Source: Meiothermus sp. (GTDB taxonomy: Bacteria; Deinococcota; Deinococci; Deinococcales; Thermaceae). Taken from it: a DNA stretch of 64,000 bases. Where the stretch lies: the NCBI GenBank assembly GCA_033762915.1, contig JANRLD010000032.1:1-64000 (forward strand), in the 5' to 3' direction. Positions 29,310 through 38,183 of this stretch are shown here, piece by piece. The position numbers and the translations under genes are program-made. The number at the start of each line of letters is the position of its first letter. The first letter of the stretch is position 1. Under the pieces are notes generated by a model that was not told the DNA's origin, made no database searches, and saw nothing but the letters and a program-made list of their open reading frames with translations.

Positions 29310-30692
29310 ATGCACCGCCTAGCCTACGCCATGATCTGGCTGTACGTGTTCACCATCCCGTGGGAGAACATCATCACCATTCCGGGGATCGGGACACTGA
29401 GCCGCTACGTGGGAATTCTGGCGGTGGGGACGGCGCTGGTTTATCTGGTGACGGCGGGCAAGCTGGTGGCCCACCGGGTGCACCTGTGGGGGCTGGGGTT
29501 CGTGCTGCTGGCGGCGGCGAGTTACTTCTGGAGCGTGGACACCACTGCCACAGTCGAGCGGCTGTTCCAGTACGGTCTGCTGTTCGCCTTCTTCTGGCTG
29601 ATGTTCGTGGTGGTGGACAGCCTGGCGGAGTTCCGCCGCCTGCTGGTGGGCTACGTTCTGGGGGCCTACGTAGCCTGCGTTAACACCTTCCAGAACTTTT
29701 TTAGCGGCAGCGAGGTGGTCTACCAGCGCTACGCCGCCGCCAACTTCGACCCTGGCGACCTGGCCTTCGCGCTGGCGCTGGCGATCCCGATGGCCTGGTA
29801 TCTGGCCCTGACCAAGGAGAACTCCCGCCTGGTCTGGGTCTACCGCCTCTACCCGGTGGTGGCGCTGGCGGTGATCCTGCTCACGGCGGCCAGGGCCGGT
29901 CTGCTGGGTGTGGCGGTCGGGCTGGTCTTCGTGGTGCTGACCCTGCCGCGCGCCTCCTGGCAGCTCAAGACCCTGGCAAGCGTGCTGGCCACGGCGGCCA
30001 TCGTGCTGGTGCCGCTCCTGGTGCCCGCCGAGAGCCTATCGAGGCTGGCCACCCTCTCCGATGAGATCAGCTCGGGCACCCTCAACGACCGCACCAACAT
30101 CTGGACGGCGGGCCGCGAGATCTGGTCGGACAACCCCTTCCTCGGCACCGGCGCGGGCACCTTCGGCTCAACCCTCGAGAACCACCCCATGTTCCGCGAG
30201 TGGGTAGCCCCGCACAACATCTTTATCTCCATCTCCACCGAAATGGGAATGGTGGGGCTGGTGGTCTTGCTGGCGATCTTGGCGGGCGTGTTCTTGACGG
30301 CACTACAGTTGCCCTCGCTCGAGGCCGGAGGCGCGAGCCCTGCGGGAACCAGTCGGGGGGCCGGGGCATCTGGGATCGTCTCTGCCACGCTCGAGCGTGG
30401 CCTCTGGCTGACCACCCTGGCTATTTTGCTGCTGGCCTGCTCGGCCCAGAATTGGGAGTGGCGCAAGCAGACCTGGTTCATCCTGGGGATCGTGCTGACC
30501 CATCACAAGGTGCTGTGGGCGGCAGCCACGGCGGGCCTTTCTGGTGCGTTAACGCAACCGGCCTCGGCTGGCCCGAAAAGTAACGACGGCAGGAAGCTTC
30601 AAACCGATAGAGCCCGCTCCGTACGGGGCAAGTTAAGGCTCGAGGGCCGAACGGGGGGCGTTAACGGCGGTGCAGGTGACGTAATTGGCTGA
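29310..30692 (+). CDS. O-antigen ligase/polymerase (Wzy_C) family membrane protein
   Basis: Multiple TM segments; R..IW, PFLGTGAGTF and PHNIFI...EMG motifs; AAGGAG RBS. Confidence 0.88.
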   Translation: MHRLAYAMIWLYVFTIPWENIITIPGIGTLSRYVGILAVGTALVYLVTAGKLVAHRVHLWGLGFVLLAAASYFWSVDTTATVERLFQYGLLFAFFWLMFVVVDSLAEFRRLLVGYVLGAYVACVNTFQNFFSGSEVVYQRYAAANFDPGDLAFALALAIPMAWYLALTKENSRLVWVYRLYPVVALAVILLTAARAGLLGVAVGLVFVVLTLPRASWQLKTLASVLATAAIVLVPLLVPAESLSRLATLSDEISSGTLNDRTNIWTAGREIWSDNPFLGTGAGTFGSTLENHPMFREWVAPHNIFISISTEMGMVGLVVLLAILAGVFLTALQLPSLEAGGASPAGTSRGAGASGIVSATLERGLWLTTLAILLLACSAQNWEWRKQTWFILGIVLTHHKVLWAAATAGLSGALTQPASAGPKSNDGRKLQTDRARSVRGKLRLEGRTGGVNGGAGDVIG

Positions 30693-30752
30693 CAGCGGGC
30701 CTCCCCGGAAGATAAGCTATAGGGCATCGGAATCACCCACCCTTGGAGCCAC

Positions 30753-31904
30753 ATGAACCGCAGCATTGTCTTCGTCATTACCAGTCTGGGCCTGGGCGGG
30801 GCCGAGACCCAGCTTCAGGATTTGGCCCTGCGCTTTAAGGGCCGGGGCTGGAGGGTCACCGCCGTCTCGATGATCCCCGCCGAGGAAAGCCGGGCCGCAG
30901 TCCTGCGCCAGGCCGGCGTTACCGTAGAGTCGCTGAACATGAAGCCCGGAGCAGCCAGCTTCGCGGCCATGCGCGAACTGGCCGCCATCATCCGCCGCGA
31001 GAACCCCCAGGTGGTGCACGCCCACATGGTGCACGCCAACCTGTTGGCCCGCCTGACCCGCCTGCTGGTGCGGATGCCCCTGCTGATCTCCACCGCCCAC
31101 AACATCAACGAGGGCGCGCGCTGGCGCGAGCTGGCCTACCGCCTGACCGACCCCCTGACCGACCTGACCACCCAGGTGAGTGTGGCTGGCCTCGAGCGCT
31201 ACGCCGAGGTGGGGGCCGTCCCCAGGGGCCGCATGATCTTTATGCCCAACGGGGTGGACACCGCCAGGTTCCGGCCCAACCTCGAGGCCCGCGCCGCCAA
31301 GCGGGCCGAGCTGGGCCTGCGCAGCCTGGGCTCCCCCGAGGACGAGTTCATGTGGATCGCGGTGGGCCGCTTCGCCGAGGCCAAGGACTACCCCAACCTG
31401 CTCCGGGCCTTCGCCCAAGTCGCCCAGGACCAGCCCAACGCCCGGCTCTTCGTGGCCGGCAAGGGCGACCTCTTCGAGCCCATGAAACAGCTGGTGGCCG
31501 AGCTGGGCCTAGCGGGCAGCGTGAACCTGCTGGGGCCGCGCTCCGACGTGTCGGCCCTGATGAACGCCGCCGACGGCTACGTGATGAGTTCGGCCTGGGA
31601 GGGGATGCCGATGGTGCTCTTGGAGGCCGCCGCCATCGGGCTCCCCATCGTGACTACCGACGTGGGCGGTAACCGTGAGGCCTTCGAGGAGGGCAAGAGC
31701 GGGTATTTGGTGCCCGCCAAGGACAGCGCTGCGCTGGCGAACGGGATGCTCGAGCTGATGCGGCAAACCCCTGAGGTCAGGGCCGAGATGGGCAAGGCCG
31801 CGCGGCGCTTCATTGTCGAGAAGTACGACCTCGAGACCGTGGTCACCCAGTGGGAGCAGCTCTACGCCAAGCTGCTGAACAAGCGGGCTGTGCAGGGAAG
31901 CTGA
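30753..31904 (+). CDS. GT4 glycosyltransferase
   Basis: GGAE, PNGVD and WEGMPMVLLEAAAIGLPIVTTDVGG motifs. Confidence 0.92.
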   Translation: MNRSIVFVITSLGLGGAETQLQDLALRFKGRGWRVTAVSMIPAEESRAAVLRQAGVTVESLNMKPGAASFAAMRELAAIIRRENPQVVHAHMVHANLLARLTRLLVRMPLLISTAHNINEGARWRELAYRLTDPLTDLTTQVSVAGLERYAEVGAVPRGRMIFMPNGVDTARFRPNLEARAAKRAELGLRSLGSPEDEFMWIAVGRFAEAKDYPNLLRAFAQVAQDQPNARLFVAGKGDLFEPMKQLVAELGLAGSVNLLGPRSDVSALMNAADGYVMSSAWEGMPMVLLEAAAIGLPIVTTDVGGNREAFEEGKSGYLVPAKDSAALANGMLELMRQTPEVRAEMGKAARRFIVEKYDLETVVTQWEQLYAKLLNKRAVQGS

Positions 31905-32028
31905 GGGCCGAGGGAGTCGGGTCTCGAGTTCACGGGCTTGATGTTTGAAAGACCGAGAGATTGTACATCTCCCGGTAAGGCTGACTAATCTCGGCTCGGT
32001 TGGCTCGAGTGGCGAAAGGTCTCGAGTT

Positions 32029-33002
32029 CTAACCGCCGTTTTTCAGATGGCGGTCGAAGAAGGCCACCGAGCGGCGGATGGCCAGGCTCAGGCTTTGGGA
32101 GAGGTTGTGGTCGTTGCCGGGATAGGCGTAGAACTCGTAGGGCTGCCGGGCCTCGCGCAGTTGGCGGGCCAGGGTCTGGGAGAAGGCCAGGGGCACGGTG
32201 GCGTCGGCGGTGCCATGGTGGATCTGGATGGGGGCCACGCCCTCGCGCAAGTAGCTGTTGGAGGTCACGGCGTTCCAGAACTCGGGGTTGGTCTCGGGGG
32301 TGCCGTAGCGCTCGAGCACCATCTGCCGCCTGCGCACTGCGCAGGCGGCGGGTTGGAGGAGGTGGGCCGCCGCCAGTTGTTAAGAATGTCCGAATAGGGG
32401 GCCACCATGCCCGCCCAGATAACCCCGGCCTTGATGCGCTTGTCGATCACCATGGCCCGCAGGGTAAGGAAGCCGCCCATCGAGTGGCCCCACATCCCGA
32501 TGCGGCCGGGGTCGGCGGCGGGGTACTTGGCGAGCGTGGAGACCGCGTTGAGCACGTCGGTGAGGTAGCCCTCCGACCAGTAGGCCCCGCTGGGCTGTCC
32601 CTCCGAGCGCCCGTGGCCCCGGAAGTCGGACTTGAAGACGATGTAACCACTGCGTGCGAAGCCGTCCACGTAGGCCACGTAGCGCTCGGTGGTGCGGTAC
32701 TGCCCGGGCGGGATGTAGCCGTGGTTGAAGACCACGACCGGCCAGCCGCTGCGCGGGCGGGCCGCCGTGGGTACGGTCAGCAGGCCGTAAATCTTGAGGC
32801 CGTCGGAGCGGTAGGAGGCGATGTAGCGGCGGTAGTTGGGGCCGGGGTTGAGGGTTTGCTCGAGGGTTAGGGCGCTGCCAGGAAAGCTCTGCTGGCGCAA
32901 CTCTGGGATGCTCTGGAGGCCGAAGGTGAACCCGTTCTGGCTCTGGGCCGTTGCCGCCGAGAGCAGCACCGCCCCCGCCAGCGCCAGCCATGTGGGTCTC
33001 AT
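32029..33002 (-). pseudogene. Exported alpha/beta hydrolase (S9-like), split by a frameshift near 32340
   Basis: GHSMGG nucleophile in 32265-33002; catalytic Asp/His (HHGTADATVP, NDHN) in another frame at 32029-32337. Confidence 0.8.
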
Positions 33003-33044
33003 GGCAAGACCATAATCGGGAAAAGTTTGGCCTGGGTTAAGTGC

Positions 33045-34988
33045 CTAAGCGCCCAGCTTACCCAGTGCCGCCTCGACCTGCCGCTCGAGCCCCTCGAGTT
33101 CACCCCCGATCGCCGCCTCTCCGGTCTCGAGTTCGCCCAGGGCATCCTCGAGCTTGCTCAGCTCGCCCACCAGCCGTGCACGCAGCCTCCCTTCCTCGCC
33201 GCCGCTGCCCAGCGGGGCCAGGTTGCCCTGGATCTGGGTCTGACGGCTGTAGATCTTCTGTCGCTCGGCCTCGAGCTTTTCCTGCCGGGCCTCGAGGTCT
33301 TGCATCTGGCCGTAGAGGTCGAGCAGCCCCTCGAGCCGGTCGAAGGTGGCCTGGTCGAGGTATTTGTCCCGCAGGTAGCGCTCGAGCGCCCGCAGGTCCA
33401 GGTCGCCAATGGCCTCGCTGCGGCTGTTCAGGGTGCGCTCGGCCACGGTAAAGACGGTCTTCTGGCCCGCCGGGCATGGCACCCGCCAGCGGGCCAGGGC
33501 CTGGGTCGACTCGACCGGCTCGGGCGTCTCGAAGAGGTCGTAGCTGTGGGAGCGGTTGTGCTCCACCACCACCTCGCAGGGCTTGGCGGTGTTGTTGTGA
33601 ATCTCGTAGGCGGTGGTCTGGATGTGGTGCTCCTCGACGACCAAATAGCCCGGCTGTAGCGAGAGCCGGGCGGTGCGGGTCTCGCCGCGGGTCTGGGTGC
33701 GCACCTGAACGCCCAGCTCCACCGCGTAGGACACGATCACCTCGGCCCCGGCAGGGCTGAAGTCCAGCACCGCCTCACCCGCATAGTCGGCGTCTTCGAG
33801 CACGGTGACCGGGCCGCGCTCCAGCGAGAGCCCCGTGGCGTTCTTAAAGCGCAGGCTGGCCACCGGATTCTTGGCCTGCTTGCGCTCGTTAAAGAGCAGT
33901 TCGCGCCGGCCCTCGAGGCGCTGCCCCACGATGGGCACCATCGCCGACTGGCCGCGCCGCACGCTAACCGGGTGGGCGATCCGGTAGGCGAACAGGGCCC
34001 CCCGCTCGGCCCCGGAGGCGGCGGCAGGGGAAGACTGCTCGAGGCCTTTCGCTAGCTTTGCCGCGGCCCGCAACTTGGGCATGGCCGAGTGCTCGAACTC
34101 GGCGGCCTCGGCAAAGGCCACACGGGGCGCGGGGGCCGCCATGGCCGCCATCGGCGGCATCGCGTCGAACAGGATGGGGGCCTCGACGGTGCGCTCCTCG
34201 TCTTGCACCAGCGGGCGCTCGGGGGTGTTGGGCTGGTGCAGGGCGTAGCGGAAGGAGACCGGCATCCCTGCCATCAGCGATAGCTCGACGTTCTCGAGGT
34301 CTTCGCCCAGGGTGTTGTCGAATAGGCCCCAGCCTTGCAGCAGGATGTCGCTGGCGCCGGGGCCTTCGCCGCCCGACTTCTCGGTCGCCAACAGCCGGTA
34401 ACTCACCCGCCACGCCGGTGCGGGGGCGATGTAGCTTACCGTGAGGTCGTGGGCCCCCTCGCTCAGGCGCAGGGTCGCGCCGCTGCGCTCCTCGTCGGTG
34501 GCCTTGGTGGTGAGGAAGAACTCGAGGTCGCCGCTGGCCCGCTCGTCCAGCAGGTCGACCCGCTCCACCTGACCCAGCTCGAGCACCCGCAGGGTTTTTT
34601 CGTCCGGCAGATACAAGCTCAGTTTGCCCCGCTTCAGGTGATCCTGCTGCTCGAGTTCGCTGCCCGCCAGTTGCCCCTCCAGGGTCTCGGAGCCCGCCCG
34701 CACCCGTACCCGCCGCCCCCGGAAGGCCGCCAGCAGGTCGGTCAGGCCGTGCTCGGCGCTCAGCTCGAGGGGTCTGCGGCTCACGCCGGGGTTGCGGTCG
34801 GGCGGGGTCTCGAACTCGAGTCCCCAGACCTGCCCGCTCTGGCTGATGGCCACCAGGCTCTTGAGAATGTCGTCCATCGCGGCGCGGGGAAACTCGAGGC
34901 GCAGCTCGCGCCCCTCGTAGTGCCCGTGCCGCTCGAAGAACCCGAGGCCGTGCTTGTAGAAGGTGACGCGCCGGATGGGGAGGGTCAT
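33045..34988 (-). CDS. DUF4139/DUF4140-like protein with a C-terminal coiled coil
   Basis: LPIRRVTFYKHGLGFFE, DDILKSL, WRVSYRL, DNTLGEDLENVELSL and LERGPVTV motifs. Confidence 0.8.
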   Translation of the reverse strand: MTLPIRRVTFYKHGLGFFERHGHYEGRELRLEFPRAAMDDILKSLVAISQSGQVWGLEFETPPDRNPGVSRRPLELSAEHGLTDLLAAFRGRRVRVRAGSETLEGQLAGSELEQQDHLKRGKLSLYLPDEKTLRVLELGQVERVDLLDERASGDLEFFLTTKATDEERSGATLRLSEGAHDLTVSYIAPAPAWRVSYRLLATEKSGGEGPGASDILLQGWGLFDNTLGEDLENVELSLMAGMPVSFRYALHQPNTPERPLVQDEERTVEAPILFDAMPPMAAMAAPAPRVAFAEAAEFEHSAMPKLRAAAKLAKGLEQSSPAAASGAERGALFAYRIAHPVSVRRGQSAMVPIVGQRLEGRRELLFNERKQAKNPVASLRFKNATGLSLERGPVTVLEDADYAGEAVLDFSPAGAEVIVSYAVELGVQVRTQTRGETRTARLSLQPGYLVVEEHHIQTTAYEIHNNTAKPCEVVVEHNRSHSYDLFETPEPVESTQALARWRVPCPAGQKTVFTVAERTLNSRSEAIGDLDLRALERYLRDKYLDQATFDRLEGLLDLYGQMQDLEARQEKLEAERQKIYSRQTQIQGNLAPLGSGGEEGRLRARLVGELSKLEDALGELETGEAAIGGELEGLERQVEAALGKLGA

Positions 34989-35274
34989 GGGGATAGGGTA
35001 CAGAGCGAGGAGGAAAGAGGGAAGAAGGTAAGCGCGGGCAGGGCGGCGAGGGGGCGAAGATCGGCAGAGGTCGCCTGCCAGGGCCTGGCCTTTCCGCCGG
35101 ATGTGGGGACAGGTCCCGCCGCCTCTGATCGGCCGGCTTCCTTCAAAGAATCCACCATCCCGACTCATCAGAGCGCCCTCAGCCCGCTGACAGGCCGCGC
35201 ACGGAGGCTGAGGGCAGAGTGGCCTCGACGCCCTCGTTGCTGTCTTGTGGTCGCCGAGGCGTCGGAGGTATGAG

Positions 35275-35760
35275 ATGCCCGAGTACGAACGCAGCCGTGT
35301 GATTGGCGCAGCGCCCGAGCAGGTCTTCGAGTTCCTCAGCGACGTGCGTAACCTGCCCCAGTACCTGCCCACCACCCACCACGCCGAGCCCCAAGGCCCC
35401 GACCGCGTGCGCGTGCAGGGCGAGGCCAGGGGCCACGACTACGACGCCAACGGCTTCTTCCGCCGCGACCAGCACGACCTGAGGCTGGAGTGGGGTTCCG
35501 ACGGCGAGCTGCGTTACCGGGGCCAACTGCGGGTCGAGCCGGACGGCGGGCGTGGGGGCTCGAGGGTCACGGTTCACCTTAGCTTCGAGCCGCCCCGTGA
35601 GATGGCCCAGGGCCAGGGCGATGCTGACTCGAGGATCGAGGAAGGGATTGAGGCTGCCCTCGAGTCCATCCAGCGCCAATGCGAGGGCCGGGGTGGCAAG
35701 GTCGAGCCGCAGGGGGCACAGTCCCCGACGAACCGGCAAGGCCAGCGCGGGGGGACGTGA
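35275..35760 (+). CDS. SRPBCC family protein
   Basis: APEQVFEFLSDVRNLPQYLP; GGAGG RBS. Confidence 0.85.
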   Translation: MPEYERSRVIGAAPEQVFEFLSDVRNLPQYLPTTHHAEPQGPDRVRVQGEARGHDYDANGFFRRDQHDLRLEWGSDGELRYRGQLRVEPDGGRGGSRVTVHLSFEPPREMAQGQGDADSRIEEGIEAALESIQRQCEGRGGKVEPQGAQSPTNRQGQRGGT

Positions 35761-35910
35761 GCGAGGCCCGCTGGGCTGGGGTTCGCCGCTCCGCCTCAGG
35801 CAAGGGGGTTGAGGGTCTGTGCGGCTAACGCGCGAGGTGCGCCCCGCCCCTTACCGTAGTAGGGGGCGGGGTTCGGCTACGAGACCGCTGCCGGGTTTTT
35901 ATGGCCAGGC

Positions 35911-36141
35911 TTAATCCTTAAATAGCCCATCGAACGCCTTTGACCCGCCGCCTCCACGACTCAGGCGGAAGAGGTCGTTTTTCAGCTCGAGCCGGCCCTG
36001 CTCTAGAAGCTGCTCCAGCGCCCTCCGAAGCTCGGTTTTGGAGAGGGCCTCCCCCTCCTCGTCGAGCCAGCGCTGGATGTCCCTTTCGTTGGCGTAGCGC
36101 AGCACCTCCACGGCCTTGAGTACCCAGCCACGGGTGTCCAT
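35911..36141 (-). CDS. Small winged-helix-like hypothetical protein
   Basis: 76 aa; helix pattern SKTELRRALEQLLEQGRL followed by a wing. Confidence 0.7.
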   Translation of the reverse strand: MDTRGWVLKAVEVLRYANERDIQRWLDEEGEALSKTELRRALEQLLEQGRLELKNDLFRLSRGGGGSKAFDGLFKD

Positions 36142-36194
36142 GGGCCAATTAAAGCAAATGCGGGTGTAGCGCCGCAAGGGCGCGGCGCCAAATC

Positions 36195-36223
36195 TTGACC
36201 AACCGCGCCCCGCCGCTTATCAT
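36195..36223 (+). promoter_or_regulatory. Promoter of the aspS2 leader
   Basis: TTGACC-17 bp-TATCAT; ATG follows 7 nt later. Confidence 0.75.
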
Positions 36224-36230
36224 GCGGCGG

Positions 36231-36263
36231 ATGTTTAGCCGTCGCGCCGACGATAATTGCTAA
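36231..36263 (+). CDS. Putative leaderless leader peptide MFSRRADDNC
   Basis: ATG at the expected TSS; GAC GAT AAT codons; followed by alternative hairpins. Confidence 0.6.
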   Translation: MFSRRADDNC

Positions 36264-36312
36264 GGGGGCTTGATTTCCAAACCCCCGCTGCCCCTGTGTA
36301 GCGGGGGTTTTT
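36264..36312 (+). terminator. Attenuator: antiterminator and terminator share the CCCCC arm
   Basis: Terminator AAACCCCCGCT(36279-89)/AGCGGGGGTTT(36300-10) plus TT; alternative pairing GGGGGCTTG(36264-72)/CAAACCCCC(36278-86). Confidence 0.7.
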
Positions 36313-36345
36313 CAGTGGCCCGGCGCGAAAAGTTAGGAGTTCGCT

Positions 36346-37617
36346 ATGTCTCGAGTGCTCGTCCGCGAAGTGAAGGAACACGTTGGCCAGACCGTCACCC
36401 TGCAAGGCTTCCTACATTGGAAGCGTGACCTGGGGGGCATCCAGTTCGCCCTGCTGCGCGACAAGACCGGGGTGATGCAGGTCGTGGTGGACAAGGGCTT
36501 CGAGCTGCCGCTGGCCGAGTCCAGCATGCAGGTCACCGGCAAGGCTGTCGCCAATGCCAAGGCTCCGGGGGGTCTCGAGGTGCAGGCCGAGAAAATCGAG
36601 TTCTACGCCAAGGCCACCGAGCCCAGCCCCATTGAAATCCCCAAGGAGGAGTGGCGGGTCAACCCGGAGACGCTGTTGGAGTACCGCTACGTCAGCTTGC
36701 GCGGCGAGAAGGCCAGGGCCCCCCTGAAGATTCAGGCCGCACTGGTGCGGGGCTTCCGCAACTTCCTCGACGGCCAGGGCTTCACCGAGATCTTCACCCC
36801 CAAGATCGTCTCGGCGGGCGCGGAGGGGGGCAGCAACCTCTTCGGAATCGACTACTTCGAGCAGCGGGCGTATCTGGCCCAGTCGCCCCAGCTCTACAAG
36901 CAGATCATGGTGGGGGTCTACGAGCGGGTCTACGAGGTGGCCCCGGTCTTCCGCGCCGAGCAGCACGCCACCAGCCGCCACCTCAACGAATACCTCTCCC
37001 TCGACGTGGAGATGGGCTTCATCGACAGCGAGTACGACGTAATGGCCCTCGAGGAGAGCCTCATTAAGGCCATGCTGGACGAGGCCCGCGAGACGGCAGC
37101 GCCGGAGTGCGAGCTGCTTGAGGTGGAGTGGCCCAACGTAGCTGAGATGCCCCGCCTGGAGCACCCCGAGGCCCGGCGCATCCTGCGCGAGGAGCTGGGG
37201 ATGCCGGTGGGGGCCGACTTTAACGAGGAGGCCGAGCGGGCGCTGGGGGCGTGGGCAAAAGAGAAGTGGGGGGTGGACTTTCTCTTCATCGCCAAGTATC
37301 CCGAGGCTGCCCGTCCCTTCTACGCCTACCCCGAGGAGGGCGGGGCGACCCGGGGATTCGACCTGCTGTTCCGGGGCCTCGAGATCACCTCCGGCGGCCA
37401 GCGCATCCACCAGCACGAGGTGCTGGTGGAGCAGCTGAAGAAAAAGGGTAACGACCCCGCCAATTTTGCGGGCTACCTCGAGGTCTTCAAGTTCGGGATG
37501 CCCCCCCACGGCGGCTTCGCCATCGGGGCCGAGCGCATCACCCAGAAGCTGGTCGGCCTGCCCAACGTGCGCTACGCCAGGGCCTTCCCGCGCGACCGCC
37601 ACCGCCTGACCCCGTGA
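36346..37617 (+). CDS. aspS2: Non-discriminating (archaeal-type) aspartyl-tRNA(Asp/Asn) synthetase
   Basis: OB fold; AYLAQSPQLYKQ, RHLNEY, EITSGGQR and GMPPHGG motifs; 423 aa without a GAD insertion. Confidence 0.93.
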   Translation: MSRVLVREVKEHVGQTVTLQGFLHWKRDLGGIQFALLRDKTGVMQVVVDKGFELPLAESSMQVTGKAVANAKAPGGLEVQAEKIEFYAKATEPSPIEIPKEEWRVNPETLLEYRYVSLRGEKARAPLKIQAALVRGFRNFLDGQGFTEIFTPKIVSAGAEGGSNLFGIDYFEQRAYLAQSPQLYKQIMVGVYERVYEVAPVFRAEQHATSRHLNEYLSLDVEMGFIDSEYDVMALEESLIKAMLDEARETAAPECELLEVEWPNVAEMPRLEHPEARRILREELGMPVGADFNEEAERALGAWAKEKWGVDFLFIAKYPEAARPFYAYPEEGGATRGFDLLFRGLEITSGGQRIHQHEVLVEQLKKKGNDPANFAGYLEVFKFGMPPHGGFAIGAERITQKLVGLPNVRYARAFPRDRHRLTP

Positions 37618-37723
37618 TGCCAGAGCTGCCGCAGGCTGGGTTCGCCGATGAATCGTGTTGGGTGGCGGGCTGCGGGTGGCAGAATTGCGACACTTGCTGT
37701 GGGGCGACGGCCCTAAACAACAT

Positions 37724-37756
37724 GAAAAAACCCCACCTCAGTGGTGGGGTTTCTTC
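37724..37756. terminator. Terminator between aspS2 and the tRNA operon
   Basis: AAACCCCACC-TCAGT-GGTGGGGTTT. Confidence 0.8.
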
Positions 37757-37760
37757 GGTT

Positions 37761-37837
37761 TGGTCGAGGAGAGAGGATTTGAACCTCCGACCCGTCGCAC
37801 CCGAAACGACTGCGCTACCAGGCTGCGCTACTCCTCG
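37761..37837 (-). tRNA. tRNA-Pro(CGG)
   Basis: CGAGGAG acceptor stem; anticodon arm GTCGT-TTCGGGT-GCGAC; GGTTCAAATCC; encoded CCA. Confidence 0.97.
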
Positions 37838-37851
37838 ATGTCCTGCACTTC

Positions 37852-37928
37852 TGGTGGACGCGACTGGACTCGAACCAGCGACCCCCACCGTGTCAAGGTG
37901 GTGCTCTAGCCAACTGAGCTACGCGTCC
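37852..37928 (-). tRNA. tRNA-Val(GAC)
   Basis: GGACGCG acceptor stem; loop TTGACAC; GGTTCGAGTCC; CCA. Confidence 0.97.
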
Positions 37929-37940
37929 GTCAACCAGCTT

Positions 37941-38015
37941 TGGAGGCGCTGACCGGATTCGAACCGGTGAGTGGAGCTTTTGCAGAGCTCTGCCTTACCA
38001 CTTGGCTACAGCGCC
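37941..38015 (-). tRNA. tRNA-Cys(GCA)
   Basis: GGCGCTG acceptor stem; GAGCT-CTGCAAA-AGCTC; GGTTCGAATCC; CCA. Confidence 0.97.
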
Positions 38016-38036
38016 ACCCGCTTCACAGCAAAAGCT

Positions 38037-38065
38037 AGAGTAGCAGAGACGTTGGAAGGTGTCAA
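38037..38065 (-). promoter_or_regulatory. tRNA operon promoter
   Basis: Minus strand TTGACA-17 bp-TACTCT. Confidence 0.8.
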
Positions 38066-38183
38066 ACCGGCGCTTCGCGCTGTGAACATCGAGCGTTGAG
38101 GGCCGAAGACCGACGTGCGGATAACCTCTCGGGGCTCGAGCCCCACTTACCGCCCTGCAACACTCATGCGGTAAGATTCCCGA

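Noticed and set aside
36224..36345. T-box riboswitch before aspS2
   Set aside because: The leader is too short for stem I and lacks the AAGGTGGTACC/UGGNACC T-box motif; a leader-peptide model fits better.
37761..38015. tRNA cluster as an island integration site
   Set aside because: No integrase, no duplicated tRNA 3' end, and core genes on both sides.
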